The notes: generated by a model not told the origin, from the letters alone. Numbered from the stretch's first letter, positions 39,809 through 53,270 are shown. The stretch is DNA of 64,000 nt from Octopus sinensis (GCF_006345805.1 NC_043002.1:80414001-80478000), one strand, 5' to 3'. Made by a program: numbers and translations.

Positions 39809-40439
39809 TAGGTTATACAGAAAAGATACATAATTCGCAGACGGTCTGAAGACTGAATAATATATCCATACGGCAAGTGCCGTATTTGGTAACATTAACG
39901 ACGCACAGACATAATAAATACCACGATTTCAGCAACGGATATTCAAGAAAGAGAGCGTATGAGGGGGAGGGGGCATAATTAGGTTATGGGAGGCCAAAAT
40001 TCGTTTATAGTTTCTAGGTGGTTATTTTGTTTCTTGTTTTTAGAAATTTATCTAAAAAATAAGTGCGACTCATATGCCATCAAATACGGCGCTTAATATA
40101 TTCTTCTATGTTGTTATTTTTATTGTATTAAAACAACTTCAACCATTTTCACTATTGCTCTCTTTCCTCGATAGTTTAAAAGCAAAACCAAAAATAACTT
40201 CATACATGATATTAATTTCATATGAATTTTTATGAATTATATATATACTTATATATATATTATTTAATATATATATATTATATTTGTATGTATATTATAT
40301 TAATATATATATAGATTTTATATATATATATATTAATATATATTATTATATATAAAACCCGGTTAGAGAAGAAGAAGAAACGAAACGAAACCAAACGAAT
40401 CGAATCGAATCGACGCGAGGACGCTCAGTCATACAATAG

Positions 40440-40796
40440 TGTAATAAATAAAATATATGCATACATACAAACATATATGTACGTACCTACATCTACATGT
40501 ATATATACATGCAAAAATCTCCTTCATCAGCTGTCCCTTCGAAACACGCTGGAGTTGAACTAGGGACAGCTGATGAAGGGGATTTTTCCTTGTGTAGTTG
40601 TCTTGTACTCTGTTTTTTCGTTGTTAAAAATGGTCCGTTCCATGCCGTTTTTACTTTTTCGTTTCTCGTTGAGTTCTACGTCTATTTGTGGTGTCCTGTA
40701 CACACGTATATATATTTATATATGCATGTATATATACATGTAGATGTAGGTACGTACATATATGTTTGTATGTATGCATATATTTTAATTATTACA
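40440..40796. mobile_element. PLE-type terminal repeat (family E) with a partial inverted copy
   Basis: 40512-40537 is the inverse of 40562-40587, and 40440-40511 is the inverse of ~40723-40795. The right arm is homologous to 50865-51070 and 57925-58075. Confidence 0.7.
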
Positions 40797-40804
40797 CGAT
40801 ATAT

Positions 40805-41890
40805 ATATATATATATATACATATATTAAAGATCTATATATTATATATATAATTATATGTATATTAGGATGATATGCAAATTTGTGAAGTGTTCCATATT
40901 TTTCCATTCATGCAGGCATTAACGCGTGCTTAAGAAGCTTGCTTTGTAATCACATCATTTCGGGTTCCGACCTACGGCTCGACACCAAGGACAAATATCT
41001 TCTGCTACATCCCCGATCTGACCAAGGCCTTATCAGAGAATGTGTTACCTGGAAACTGTGTGAAACCCGTCACACACACACACAACACACACACACACAC
41101 ATATATACATGTGTATGTATACGTGTCTGTGTCTTTGTGTCTATCTTTCAACCCCCACTCGACATCCGGTGTTGGTTTAAGTCTTAGCGATTCGGTTTAA
41201 GACGACGATATTAAAATACCAGATATTAAAATAAGAACTAAGATCGATTTGCTCGATTAAGCCCTGGAAGCCGGTCCGACAGTAAGGTCGCAATCTAATA
41301 GCTAAAAAACATTAGATGATAAAAAAAGGATATATATATATACATATATTAAAGATCATATATTATATATTATAATATATGTATATTAGGATGATATGCA
41401 AATTTGTGAAGTGTTCCATATTTTTCCATTCATGCAGGCATTAACGCGTGCTTAAGAAGCTTGCTTTTTGTAATCACATCATTTCGGGTTCCGACTACGG
41501 CTCGACACCAAGGACAAATATCTTCTGCTACATCCCCGATCTGACCAAGGCCTTATCAGAGAATGTGTTACCTGGAAACTGTGTGAAACCGTCACACACC
41601 ACACACAACACACAACACACACACACACACACACAACACACACACACACACATATAACATGTGTATGTATACGTGTTGTGTCTTTGTGTCTATCTTTAAC
41701 CCCACTCGACATCCGGTGTTGGTGTAAAGTCTTAGCGATTCGGTTTAAGACGACGATATTAAAATACCAGATATTAAAATAAGAACTAAGATCGATTTGC
41801 TGATTAAGCACTGGAAGCCGGTCCGACGTAAGGTCGCAATCTATAGCTAAAAACATATTAAAGGATAAAAAAAGGATATATATATATATA
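40805..41890 (+). repeat. Tandem duplication (~522-540 bp) containing an old SINE A copy
   Basis: GATATGCAAATTTGTGAAGTG occurs at 40871 and 41393. The copies differ mainly by small indels and are bounded by (TA)n. Confidence 0.9.
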
Positions 41891-41893
41891 TAT

Positions 41894-42280
41894 GTAAGGA
41901 GTGGTTGTGTTGTAAGTAGCTTGATTACCAGCCACATGGTTCCGGGTTCAGTCCCACTGCGTGACACCTTGGGCAATTGTCATCTCCTATAACCTCGGGC
42001 CGAGTGGATTAGGTAGATGGAAACTGAAAGAAGCCTGTCGTATATGTGTGTGTGTGTGTGTGTGTATGTATGTTTGTGTGTCTGTGTTTGTAACCCAAAC
42101 ATCACTTGACAACCGATGTTGGTGTGTTTACGTCCCCGTTACTTAACGGTTCGGCAAGAGTAACCGATAAAATAAGCTCTAGTCTTACAAAGAATAAGTA
42201 CTGGGGTTGATTTGCTCGACTAAAGGTGGTGCTCCAGCATGACTGCAGTCAAATGACTGAAACAAATAAAAGTAAAGTAA
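41894..42280 (+). mobile_element. tRNA-derived SINE family A, near full length
   Basis: GGAGTGGTTGTGTTGTAAGTAGC..GGTTCCGGGTTCAGTCCCACTGCG..ATGACTGAAACAAATAAAAG. Confidence 0.9.
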
Positions 42281-42300
42281 GTATATATATATATATATAT

Positions 42301-42342
<42 letters not shown>

Positions 42343-43324
42343 ACATACATATAAAACACAACTAACCGATATTACATATTACATTATATATCATATGGAC
42401 AATTCTTTTTTACTCGTCAGAATACATAATCGATTTATATTTGTTGTTTTCCCAGGCATAAAGTGTTTTGAATGTTTTAAAATAAAACGATATGTAAAAA
42501 TTGTTACTAACATGGAAATAATTAATTAAAATCGAAAATCGAATTAATGACAAAGTCATCAAAGTAACAGAAACAAACTACACATTAGAAAACATATTTA
42601 CTTTATCCTATTCAGTGTAACACTCAAATATATGTGAAGTTTAAGCCGGAAAAATCGTTGTGCTGACTTATTGACCTGCTCTAACGACACACAATTGCGG
42701 GGAATCTAATTGTTTACTCCATTCAGATGTCAAAATCAACATTCGGGCACACAAGTATACGCGTGACCACCGTTCTTCAAGATATAGTGTATAAATGCCC
42801 GCTTTCAAGTATGGTGTATAATAAGACACCTGAACGGGAATCCTTTTACTATGCACAACAAAAATAAAACATTGAATTATAGGAGATAGTGAGTCACAAA
42901 ATGACATGTATCATATATTTTAAAAATATTTTAGTCACTGGAATATGCCCATGCAGGGGCAGCACTCCGAAGTGCTTTAGTCGAACTAATCGACTCCGGT
43001 GGTGCTTGCATTTTCGGTGTGGTATTTATTACCTCGGGGTCTTTTAACCAACCACTATGTTACAAAGATATAAACGTATCCATGTCGCTTGTCAGCGGAG
43101 CGGTGAGGATTTGAGGACAAGCACACATATGCGAATACAAACACACACACACACACACGCACACAGACATATATATATACATATATACATATATATATAC
43201 ATACATACATATATATATATATTCACATACATGTATATGCATGTATACAAATACATATATATATATAGACATATATATACATATATACATACATGTATAT
43301 TACATATATATATATATATATATG

Positions 43325-43366
<42 letters not shown>

Positions 43367-44597
43367 TTATTATACACATACCACATATATATATACAAAC
43401 ATATATGTATACATATATATAGAAATATATATATACATATACATACATGTACGTATATATATATACCTATATATATATTCATGTACATATACACATGCAG
43501 TGGGACCGAACCGCAAACCAATAGTATATATAAGCTTAGGAAATCAAGGCTTCTGTGAAATGCAGTTACAATGTCATGGCATTTCATAATTTTTTTTTCT
43601 GCCGTCCTATGAAAAATTACAAAAGAATGTTTTAGTGCAGCAATTTAAATATGTTATCGAGGTTAGTAGTCAAATGGTAATAGTGAGTAATGCGGACTTA
43701 ATGATTTAATATTTGTTTAACGACGTCGGAACATACAAACATAGACATAGAATCGACGAGGCAGTGCCACTAACGTAGATCTTTGCTTGCCAATAAATAA
43801 GAGAAAAATTTACTGTCATGACCAATTGTCTTGAAGGGACATGACATCTGTTCAGTGTTCCTTAATGCTAATAAAAAGACGCGATGGCCACGATCAAAAT
43901 GCTTTTCTGCTATAGGATGTCTCGATCAAGAATAATCTGGAGCAGCATACATACATATGTGTGTGTGTGTGGGGGGGTATGTATGTATATGCTTGTTGTT
44001 TCTGTGTGTGTAGCCAACCCAACATATACACATTTATTACGATTATTTCACTCTGTTGGAGGCAATCCGATGCCGTTAAAACTTGGAACTGATAATATTA
44101 TTGTCTTGTCATATTATTCTTTAGAGACGCGTACCACAAGTCCGAAAACAGCTGCGTTTTAGATGTATATTTTCCGTTATATATACTACTGTATATTTCT
44201 GTTATATATGCTACTGTAGTTTATAGCTACTCTTTACATCTGACTCAGAGATTTATTATTGCTTGTTTCTCCTTTTTCGAGATCAGTGACTTTTTTCACT
44301 GGAAAAAAGCATATAGTATTTTGCGTTCGAAATCACTTCTCATCACTAGCTGGTGATTATCACACGCTGATGACGGGTTACTACGCAGAAACCCAGATCA
44401 CTGTGTATCACGTCAGTCTAGAGGTGGGTATGATGAATTCCTTTCGCAAATACTAATCGGACAGTGTGTTGTTAGCCAGCCGGAGGAGACGTCTTCCTAG
44501 AGCTATAAGTTACAGTAGCATCGTCCCATATGGGCCAACCACATTTAGGTGCCAAATATACTTCACAATTCTGTTATTATATAATATATATATATAT

Positions 44598-44640
<43 letters not shown>

Positions 44641-44759
44641 TATATATATATCTATATATATATATATATATATAGTATATATATATATATATATATATTC
44701 CTACCAGTTGCTATGATTGATTGCTAAATCCACAAGTTTTTTTTATTCGCTCTTTGTTT

Positions 44760-44900
44760 AATACTTCTGTTCTTCTCTCTTGAAGGGCGTAGGTTCGAAA
44801 AGTAAAAGACATTCTCACCGTCCAGGCGTGAAACTAATACACCTGCTTGTTTATAAAGCTGTTTTCGTCTTTTGCCTTTCTGCAAATTCCACTATATACT
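44760..44900 (+). mobile_element. Repeat family D copy (degenerate hammerhead-like)
   Basis: CTCTTGA-AGGGCGTAGGTTC-GAAAAGTA-AAAGAC..AAACTAATACACCTG. Confidence 0.55.
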
Positions 44901-45352
44901 TGCGAGTGTGTATAGTATTAATAAACTAGAAGATGGAGTATATAATAGACTTTATTAGGTAAATCACATGTCTCGACCCGTTCGGGGTCTCTTCAGGTAC
45001 ATCAATAAAACATCTCATTGAGATTTCTTCAGCCGGCTTACGTACAGCTATATGTCCGTCAATTTCGAGTATGAGTAGAAACAGAAAATTTAGTGAAATG
45101 AAAAATTCAAATATGAACGTGGAAAGTATGCATTCTAGTTTAGAGAAAATGACGTAATGAGCTTTCGCTGGTGTGTTAAGAGAAAGAAAAGTAGACGTTG
45201 AAAGGAAGAAAATATTTAGACAAATAATTTTTTGTGTTCGTGTAAGACGCACATATGCATAAGCGCTCGCACACGCACATCCAAGTATATGGGCATATAC
45301 ACACAATCAGATACACGCGTTTACGTACACGTATGGACGAATATAACATACA

Positions 45353-45428
<76 letters not shown>

Positions 45429-46149
45429 AACAGATATACGCAGGTACAAATGTGTATATTTACATAAATATACGTACATAGCATAGATAGATATACGCAT
45501 ACATTCGTACATAAAGTAAGATGCAGGAAGTTTGACACTCACGTGTCAGTTACACTTGCGGTATACATATAAGTAAATATATATGTGTATTCATATATAT
45601 ATACATACATACTATGATATATACTATATATATTATATATATATATCATATATATATATACATACATATATACATATATATAGATATATATATATACATA
45701 TATATATACTATACAATACACACATATATAACATGTATGCATGCATATGCACACATAGACACGCGCCCGCATACACGTATACACATATTCGCACTAATAT
45801 GTACATACACATACAAAATGCAAATGCGCACAGATGAATATGTAGACATATATAAATCTATATATATATATTTACATATATACGCACGCACACACATCTA
45901 TGTACACACATACAAACATACACGTACACATATATGTATATACACACATACACACACACACACATATATATATGTATACATATATATATATGTATACATA
46001 TATATATATATATGTATACATATACATATACATATACACTTATACATATATTGATCTAGATTGCAAGATCATATGTCAAATACAAGTTATTCAAATATAG
46101 TTCCTCAAGTTCATGTGTATTAAGAGTTATGGGCGCCATGTAAACATCA

Positions 46150-46815
46150 AGTTATGTATGATCGGTTTTGTAATATATGAATGTGTGTTTAGCTGCGTAT
46201 AGGCAAATGGGTAATTGTTCAATGAATTTATTTTTAATGTGCCCCTCGGTGCATAACTGGTATTTCCGGGATATAGTGTTGTAGGGACTCGCGTGTCTAA
46301 GTATGGACCATGTAAGATCGTATTTTGACTTTGCTTCCTTAAGCCTCCAAATAAAATCGGCCAGTGATGTTACATGTCGTTTACGGATATTTCGAAAGCT
46401 GGTGATGCTGACTGTGGTATCGATTTTTGAAGAAATCGGTCGATGCCCCGATATATAGTAGGTGCCTCCTCTGGTGTTTATAGTGCACTTGTATACCACG
46501 TTTTTAGTCATACATTGGTTATCCAAAGGACAATTGGATCTATCTCTGCACGAGCACAACTGTTTGATTTTTTTGGCTTGTGTACATCGGGCACTGGAGA
46601 GATTGGTTCTGTTCGGTATGTTTGTTGTCAATATTATCGTTTTATTATCACTAGATGTTCTCAGCTTATTATTTGAATTGTTGCTGGTGTTAGGTTTTGG
46701 GTGATTATCATGGATATTGTAATTGTTGCTCTGTTGGTTGGTAGTATTATTCGAGTTATAAACGTTACCCTTAAGTTGGTCACATGAGTTATTGTTGATG
46801 TCGAGAAGGTTATTT
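46150..46815 (-). mobile_element. Penelope-like element, GIY-YIG endonuclease region remnant
   Basis: CSCRDRSNCPLDNQCMTKNVVYKC...YYI(S)G...SFRNIRKRHVTSLADFIWRLK..YDLTWSILRHASPY..QLCTE is the Cys-rich linker plus GIY-YIG C-terminus typical of PLEs. Frameshifted. Confidence 0.88.
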
Positions 46816-47194
46816 TGAGTGCTGACTAATCTTCGAGGCTTAAGGAAGCAAAGACAAAATACGATCTTACATGGTCCATACTCAGTTTACAATTATCTTG
46901 TATGGCAAATCATTAAGGTGTGCAAAGAACAATACAAGGATTACATTATGATACATATGGAATACTCAGTATATATAGTCATGTTTATTATGTGTGTATG
47001 TATATGTGTGTGTGCACGCTTGCGTTAAAATTATTACATTTCCTTTGTAGGGAGTAAAGTTTTAGCCCTTTCAATCTCTTTCGGTTGCTCACCTGTAGAA
47101 TTGAGATAATCTCAATGTAACAGGATTGCTTCTGGATCTGCTTTTAGTTTAACATTATTTGACTACCATAATTATTGGTTTTTGTATCTTGCAA

Positions 47195-47390
47195 CAAGGC
47201 AGGTAATTTCGTGTGATGGGTAAATCGATAACATCGACCCCAGGTTTTAATTTGTAATTATTTTATCGACTCCCGAATGGATGAAAGACAAAGACGACCT
47301 TGAAAGAATTTGGACAGAACAAAGAGACGGACGAAATGCCGCAAGCATTTTGCCCGCCATGCTGGCGATTCTGCCTGCTCCTCGGCTTAG
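47195..47390 (-). mobile_element. SINE family B, diverged
   Basis: GACGAAATGCCGCAAGCATTTTGCCCG..ATTCTGCC and ATCGACCCCAG core. Confidence 0.7.
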
Positions 47391-47959
47391 ATTGCCATAA
47401 TTATTATCAATAGTTCAGAGGCGGGGGAAAATGATATTTATACATATATTTTCTGTTTTGTCGTACTGAATATCAAGACCTATCCTGTTTGCACGTTGCA
47501 CACCATTGCCATTTTACTTATGTCTACATAAAAAAATTCATAATTTCTTATGCTTATCCACAATACACGCACTAAGTATAAATATGAAAATGCAATATGA
47601 GCGTCCTCATTGGGAGTATTTTTACGGTTCGATAAGAAAGTGCTTAAATTTTTCCAACGTTATATTGCATGTTATTCTTTTCAGCTCTAGTTGAGATTAC
47701 ATTGTGGACTTACAGAAGGTTTGTGGCAGGCAGCTCCAGGTTCTTAATTCATAACTAATGATAAGTTACTGTATAGGTGAGAGAGGGCACGAAAGAGCCA
47801 ATACAAACAACAATATACTAGTAGATTTCCACTGAAAATTAGCGTTTCCTTTTAGAGCGCATCATTATTGACAACCCGACGATTAACTGGCCGAAACTTC
47901 GAAGTTACTATCAACAAAATTTCTTGTTTAAGAATAATACACACAGACGCACACATATA

Positions 47960-48110
47960 TATATTTCATTTTCTCCCTGTTTATTTCCTCGTGCTCCTTT
48001 CAATTAAAGAGCTTAGACTCGAAACGTAAAAGACTTTCTCACCTTCCCAAGCGTCAAACTAATACACCTGATTCTTGTTTATACCTGTTCTTGCTTCTGC
48101 TTCTTGTTTA
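47960..48110 (+). mobile_element. Repeat family D copy (degenerate hammerhead-like)
   Basis: CTTT-CAATTAA-AGAGCTTAGACTC-GAAACGTA-AAAG..GCGTCAAACTAATACACCTG. Confidence 0.55.
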
Positions 48111-48250
48111 TGCCTAAGGATTTATGCTCTTCTTTCTATAACCTTATGAATTTGAACTATGAACTTTTATGTTTCTTTTTCTTCTTTCGTTCCATCGCCT
48201 TACTCTTTTACTTTCACCGTCTATGTCGTCATCTCATTAATATATCCCAT

Positions 48251-48287
<37 letters not shown>

Positions 48288-48556
48288 TTCAGCAAAAATT
48301 TAGATTCAAATGAATATGGTACTTAATTTAGATACACCAGAATTTTGTATGGTGTTACCATAAAAATCCGTGGGGTGATTATAATCAAAATAAGCAACAA
48401 GAAATTACCGGAGTCATTCTTGGGGCTTATTTTGATTATATATATATATATCTTATATGTATATTATATATATATATACGTATATTATATATATATATAA
48501 TATTATATTATATATATATATATTATACTATAATATATATATATATATAGATATAC

Positions 48557-48587
<31 letters not shown>

Positions 48588-49347
48588 TTATGTATGTGTA
48601 TATATATGTGTGTATGTATATATATCACCAAGTATATTTTGGTGGTTTCAACTTGGCGGCTGCCTTTTAAGTTTCATTCGAATATATTCCATAAACGTGT
48701 CACTAAACCTACTTGAAAACGTTAGATTTTTAAAGACTTTATTAGATACATTTGCGTAATCCTTAAAAGAGGTATGGATGAATTTCATCAAACACATTCA
48801 CCTTCAGAATCAGAAATTTATATATTTTCTCCCCTCTGATTGTTTGGTTTATGTATTATTACTGTGTATTTAATTTCTATATTTAGTTATCCTATTGTCC
48901 GCTATATTTCAAAAAGATATTTAGATCGAAATATCATAAAAAAGAATGTGGTAAATATAGCAAAACAACAAAAAGAATAGGAAAAGAGAAAACTCAGTTT
49001 ACGGCTTTGAAATATTTGATCAATATAGAAATTGTAAGGAAAATGTTGATTCAATCCATCCATCGCGGATCAAAGAAGCATTCATCACTTCAAAGAAGGA
49101 AAAAAGAAATGCTTGTCATCTGAGGAGAAAACAGACATCCCCAAGCTAAAAACTGACACGCGATTGGTCATATCTGCATCTATGCTACACGTAGATTCGG
49201 GATTAAACAGCAGTTCGGCTGCTAGAAATAGCAGCCTGTTCCACATTTGATGCATTAGGCTCTTCTGGTAGGAAACATCACATACAGAGACAAAGACACG
49301 CCCACACATATATACATATATTTATATATATATATGTGTGTGTATGT

Positions 49348-49384
<37 letters not shown>

Positions 49385-49387
<3 letters not shown>

Positions 49388-49542
49388 AGCAGATTGCTTC
49401 CCAACCAGATGGTTCCGGGTTCAGTCCCACTGCGTAGCATCTTGAGTGGGCGTTTCTACCTAAGCCTCGGGCCGACCAGTGCCTTGTAAATAAATTTGTT
49501 AGAGGGAAACTGAAAGAAGCCTGTCATATACAAATATATACA

Positions 49543-49576
<34 letters not shown>

Positions 49577-49835
49577 CATACATACATATACATATACATA
49601 TACACACACACATATATATATATATTAGCTTGTGTGTCTGTGTTTAACCCTTACCATTTGCTTGAGAACCGATGTTAGTGTGTTTACATCCTCGTAGCAT
49701 AGCTGTTCGGTAAAAAAATGCGATAGAATAAGTACTAGATTTAAAAGAATGGGTCCTGAGGTCGATCCGTTCAGCTTAAGGCAGTGCTCCAGTATTGCCG
49801 CAGTCAGATCATTGAAACAAGTAGAAGAATAAAAC
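49385..49835 (+). mobile_element. SINE family A with expanded internal microsatellite
   Basis: GGTTCCGGGTTCAGTCCCACTGCG..GGAAACTGAAAGAAGCCTGTC..CCGCAGTC..GAAACAAGTAGAAG. Confidence 0.85.
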
Positions 49836-50156
49836 AATACACACACACACACACATGCATGTATGTATGTATGTATCTATCTATCTATCTATATATCAAT
49901 ATTACGGACACCAAGCGAGATTCGATATCCGCAAATCCGTGTATATACCGTATACAAATACTCCTCCATATATATTGACATATCTTAGGATTTCTTTCTC
50001 CGAACCAAATTTTAAACTTCTATTCACTTGAAGAAAACCATTTTTTTTATGATGTAATATTATTATTACTAAAAAACACGTCTGTAACAACAGCAGTGAA
50101 ACTTAAACCATGTATGTTCCCTCTTTATATATATATATATATATATGTGTGTGTTT

Positions 50157-50213
<57 letters not shown>

Positions 50214-50324
50214 TATGTATATATATGTATGTATATATTATATATATATATATATGGAGAGAAGAGAGAGAGAGAGATACATACATACACACACACCACA
50301 CACACCCATATATATATATATATG

Positions 50325-50360
<36 letters not shown>

Positions 50361-50374
50361 CTATATATATTATA

Positions 50375-51070
50375 ATGCTTTTACCTGTCTCTGCTCAAAG
50401 CTCGTCATTCTAGCGTTCATAATATTCACATCGTTTTGGCTTAATAGCCCTCATCGTTTGTTTTTACTGTCTTGCTCTGTCCTGTTTTTGTCATCACCTT
50501 TACCCTATTCTCCTCCTCTCCCCTTCACCGTTCCCTCTGTCTGTCACTCTTCCTCCTTGACTCTCTCGTTGCTGACACGTGACGAAAGGCCATCTATCTT
50601 TCTTTCTTCCACTTCCTTCATAAAGACAAGACGTGCTTTTACTTGTCTCTTCTCACAGCTCGTCGTTCTAGCGTCCATAATCTTCACATCCTTTTGGCAT
50701 AACAGCCCACACCGTTTGTTTTTACTGTCAAGCTCTCACTGTCCTGTTTTTGTTACCACTTTCATCTTCCGCAAAAAATCCCAAATTTTATTTAACTTGC
50801 TTTGCGGAAAGAACTGCTTTAACGAAATCGCGTCTTGTCCTTGCCTTCGACCGCGGAATAGATAAAACAGGGACAACTGATGAATGGGGAATGTTCTTTA
50901 TGTTGCCTGTTTTTTTTTCTCTGTTTTTTCGATATTCGAAAAAAGTTCGTTTTCTATGTTTTTGTTTTTATGTTTTCGTTTCTCATTGTGTCACGTTTTT
51001 TTGATGACCTGTACCCATATATGCATGTATATATACATATATATGTAAGTATGTACATATATGTATGTAT
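50375..51070 (+). mobile_element. Element with ~258-bp internal repeat ending in a family E terminus
   Basis: 50378-50498 resembles 50636-50760. The 3' part GGGACAACTGATGA..CCTGTACCCATATATGCATG matches 40560-40790 and 57925-58075. The upstream part resembles 57520-57850. Confidence 0.6.
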
Positions 51071-51744
51071 ATATGCATATATTTATATATTATTTACATT
51101 TATATATATTTATGTGTGTGCGTGTGCGTGCGTGTGTGTGCGTGTGTGTTTGTCTGTGTGTCTGCGTGTATATCTTTGTGTCTGTGTTCCGGGCCCCATC
51201 GCCGCTGAACAACTGTTGATGATTTGTTTACTTACTCGTGTTTAGCGTCTCGGCAAAAGACACCGATAAAATAATTACCCGACTTAAAAATAAGGGTCAA
51301 GCTAAAGGGTTTGACCCAAGAAAAAATAAAAAGGGTAATGGGCGTAAAACAACTTGCTGTAAATGAATATGAAAAAAATGCGTGCTCGCGAACGTGAGTT
51401 GGTGAGAGGACTCGGAAAATTCAGACCTTGGCCTTTAAACTTCAGTTTTTTAACCCGAGCAAAAGAAAAAATGTTCAATAAGTCTACAACAACATGACCT
51501 TTAAACTCCAGTGTTTGCCCAAGGTGCCATGCAGTGGAACTGTGTGGTTGGGAAGAATATCCATTTTCTTTAGGGAAAAATATCGGATCGTGTGAATTGT
51601 CTTGGTCCTCTCACCTCATCGCCACCCCACCCCTGTTTCCCCGTGTTTTCAACTATAGCTTCGGGCTGACCAATGCGTCCTGGAAGCCGAAGGTGGCATT
51701 TCAGACGAAAAAATTATGTATGCTATAAACGAAGATGAAAATAA

Positions 51745-52400
51745 AATTTGATCAAAATGAAGGGGTAGAAGCATTCATGGATGCCTTCAAAAAGCGGTCA
51801 AACAAAAGTTTTCCATCAAATTTTCTCTGTAGAATATTGAGGTTTGTGTTAGAATGTAACACAATAAAGTTTAGACAAAGATTTTACCACCAGACGAAGG
51901 GTTGCGCCATGGGTGTCCCCATGGCAGTTAATTTTGCTAATGTCTTCATGATGAAATTTGAAACACAGTTACTGAAGGTATTCGAGTCCCTTCACAGACA
52001 TAACCAATACTCTGGTTCATTGATGACGTCTTTTTCGTCTGGGAAGAATCACAGGATAGTTTAATGAAGTTCTTGAAATTCTGTGACTATTATGCTAAAA
52101 ACTATGTCTTCAAGTACAACATAAAATTTACGTCTAGTTTTTCAAAAAATAGTATTGAATGTTTGGGCACAAATGTTAAGTTTTCTGGAAGCGGAAGAGT
52201 GACAGAGTTATTTTGCAAGCCCACGTCATCCACATTTATCTCCATCGCCGCTTCGATTCTCCACGTCATATAAATCGTCAAATCCGAAATCCTAATTTTT
52301 TTGCATAAAACGGTTTTGTACTGACATAGGTGATTACTGGAAACATGCAAATACTTTTGTACATCATTATGTCAAACGCGGTTTCGGTGCATCACGATTA
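51745..52400 (+). mobile_element. Penelope-like element reverse transcriptase remnant
   Basis: LRFVLECNTIKFRQRFYHQTKGCAMGVPMAVNFANVFMMKFE, then after a frameshift PILWFIDDVFFVW..LMKFL and FCKPT. These are PLE RT motifs 4-7. Confidence 0.9.
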
Positions 52401-52424
52401 AAGGAAATAGCAAACGAAATAGCT

Positions 52425-53270
52425 GACAGCCCTGTTCCAGTCGGGCAATAGGAAAGGTGGATATTCCGCTATAGCAATTTATAGAGGATTAGTGGCGAGG
52501 AAGTGTGACCACCTTCTTGGCGAAACTCTGGGTGTCAACGAAAACGAATTGGCCAGTCTGTTCCGGAAGACTTTCCTGTAGGGAAGTATTATGAATTATT
52601 TCGAGATGTCCTTAGCCTGGCAGTACTACAGGAGGCGCTACGGCTTTGAGATAAACTCTACAGCCACGGATAGACTGTCAGACGGGATTGTCCTAGGTGC
52701 GCGCAGAATGACGAAACCGTTCTCCAGATATTCGTTCAGTGTCCGGGAATTGCTGGCTTGTGAGGTTATGTCAAACAGCTGCTGTCACGTGTGGGATGGA
52801 TCAGTCTATTGGCCGAGTTCATAGTGGTGATTGTCCTGCCAACCTCCTTTAATCAAACAGGTAAGGCAATTTTCCTTTGCTTCGTGGCTGTGGTAAATGA
52901 AATTGTGCGGTGGACGAGAGTGAGAGGCATGAGGATACATACTTCTTTGGCAGAAGTCTCATTGGCTACTTGAAAATGAAACTGAGGGTGGAGAGCGAAA
53001 TGCTGCCCTCGATTGAGTTTATTGAAAGGTGAGTCTGATAAAGGAGATTCAAGTGAGCACTTGCCTGGGTTAATCGATTATCCTTAGAGGTCATCCTGTT
53101 TCAAAGGGCTACATCTATCATCATCGCTCTTTTATTTTAACTTTATATATTATGTATACTTCGCTTCCTTTGCATTTTTACCGTGTATACTTACACCTTT
53201 TTCTTTTTGCTATTTATTTATATATTTATTTTGTTATTCCAATATATGTAAACCCTTACACTTTTTGTCC
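52425..53270 (+). mobile_element. L1/Tx1-clade LINE 3' end (zf-RVT-like C-terminus plus 3'UTR)
   Basis: LAWQYY/ALRL*DKLYSHG*TVRRDCPRCAQNDETVLQIFVQCPGIAGL*GYVKQLL, with a T-rich 3'UTR. Confidence 0.7.

Noticed and set aside
40525-40585. Type II hammerhead (TTCGAAAC...CTGATGAAGGGG)
   Set aside because: The complementarity is explained by the inverted duplication, and stems I and III and an NUH site cannot be built.
44360-44410. CTGATGACGGGTTACTACGCAGAAACC hammerhead-like motif
   Set aside because: No convincing stem I, II or III around the core.
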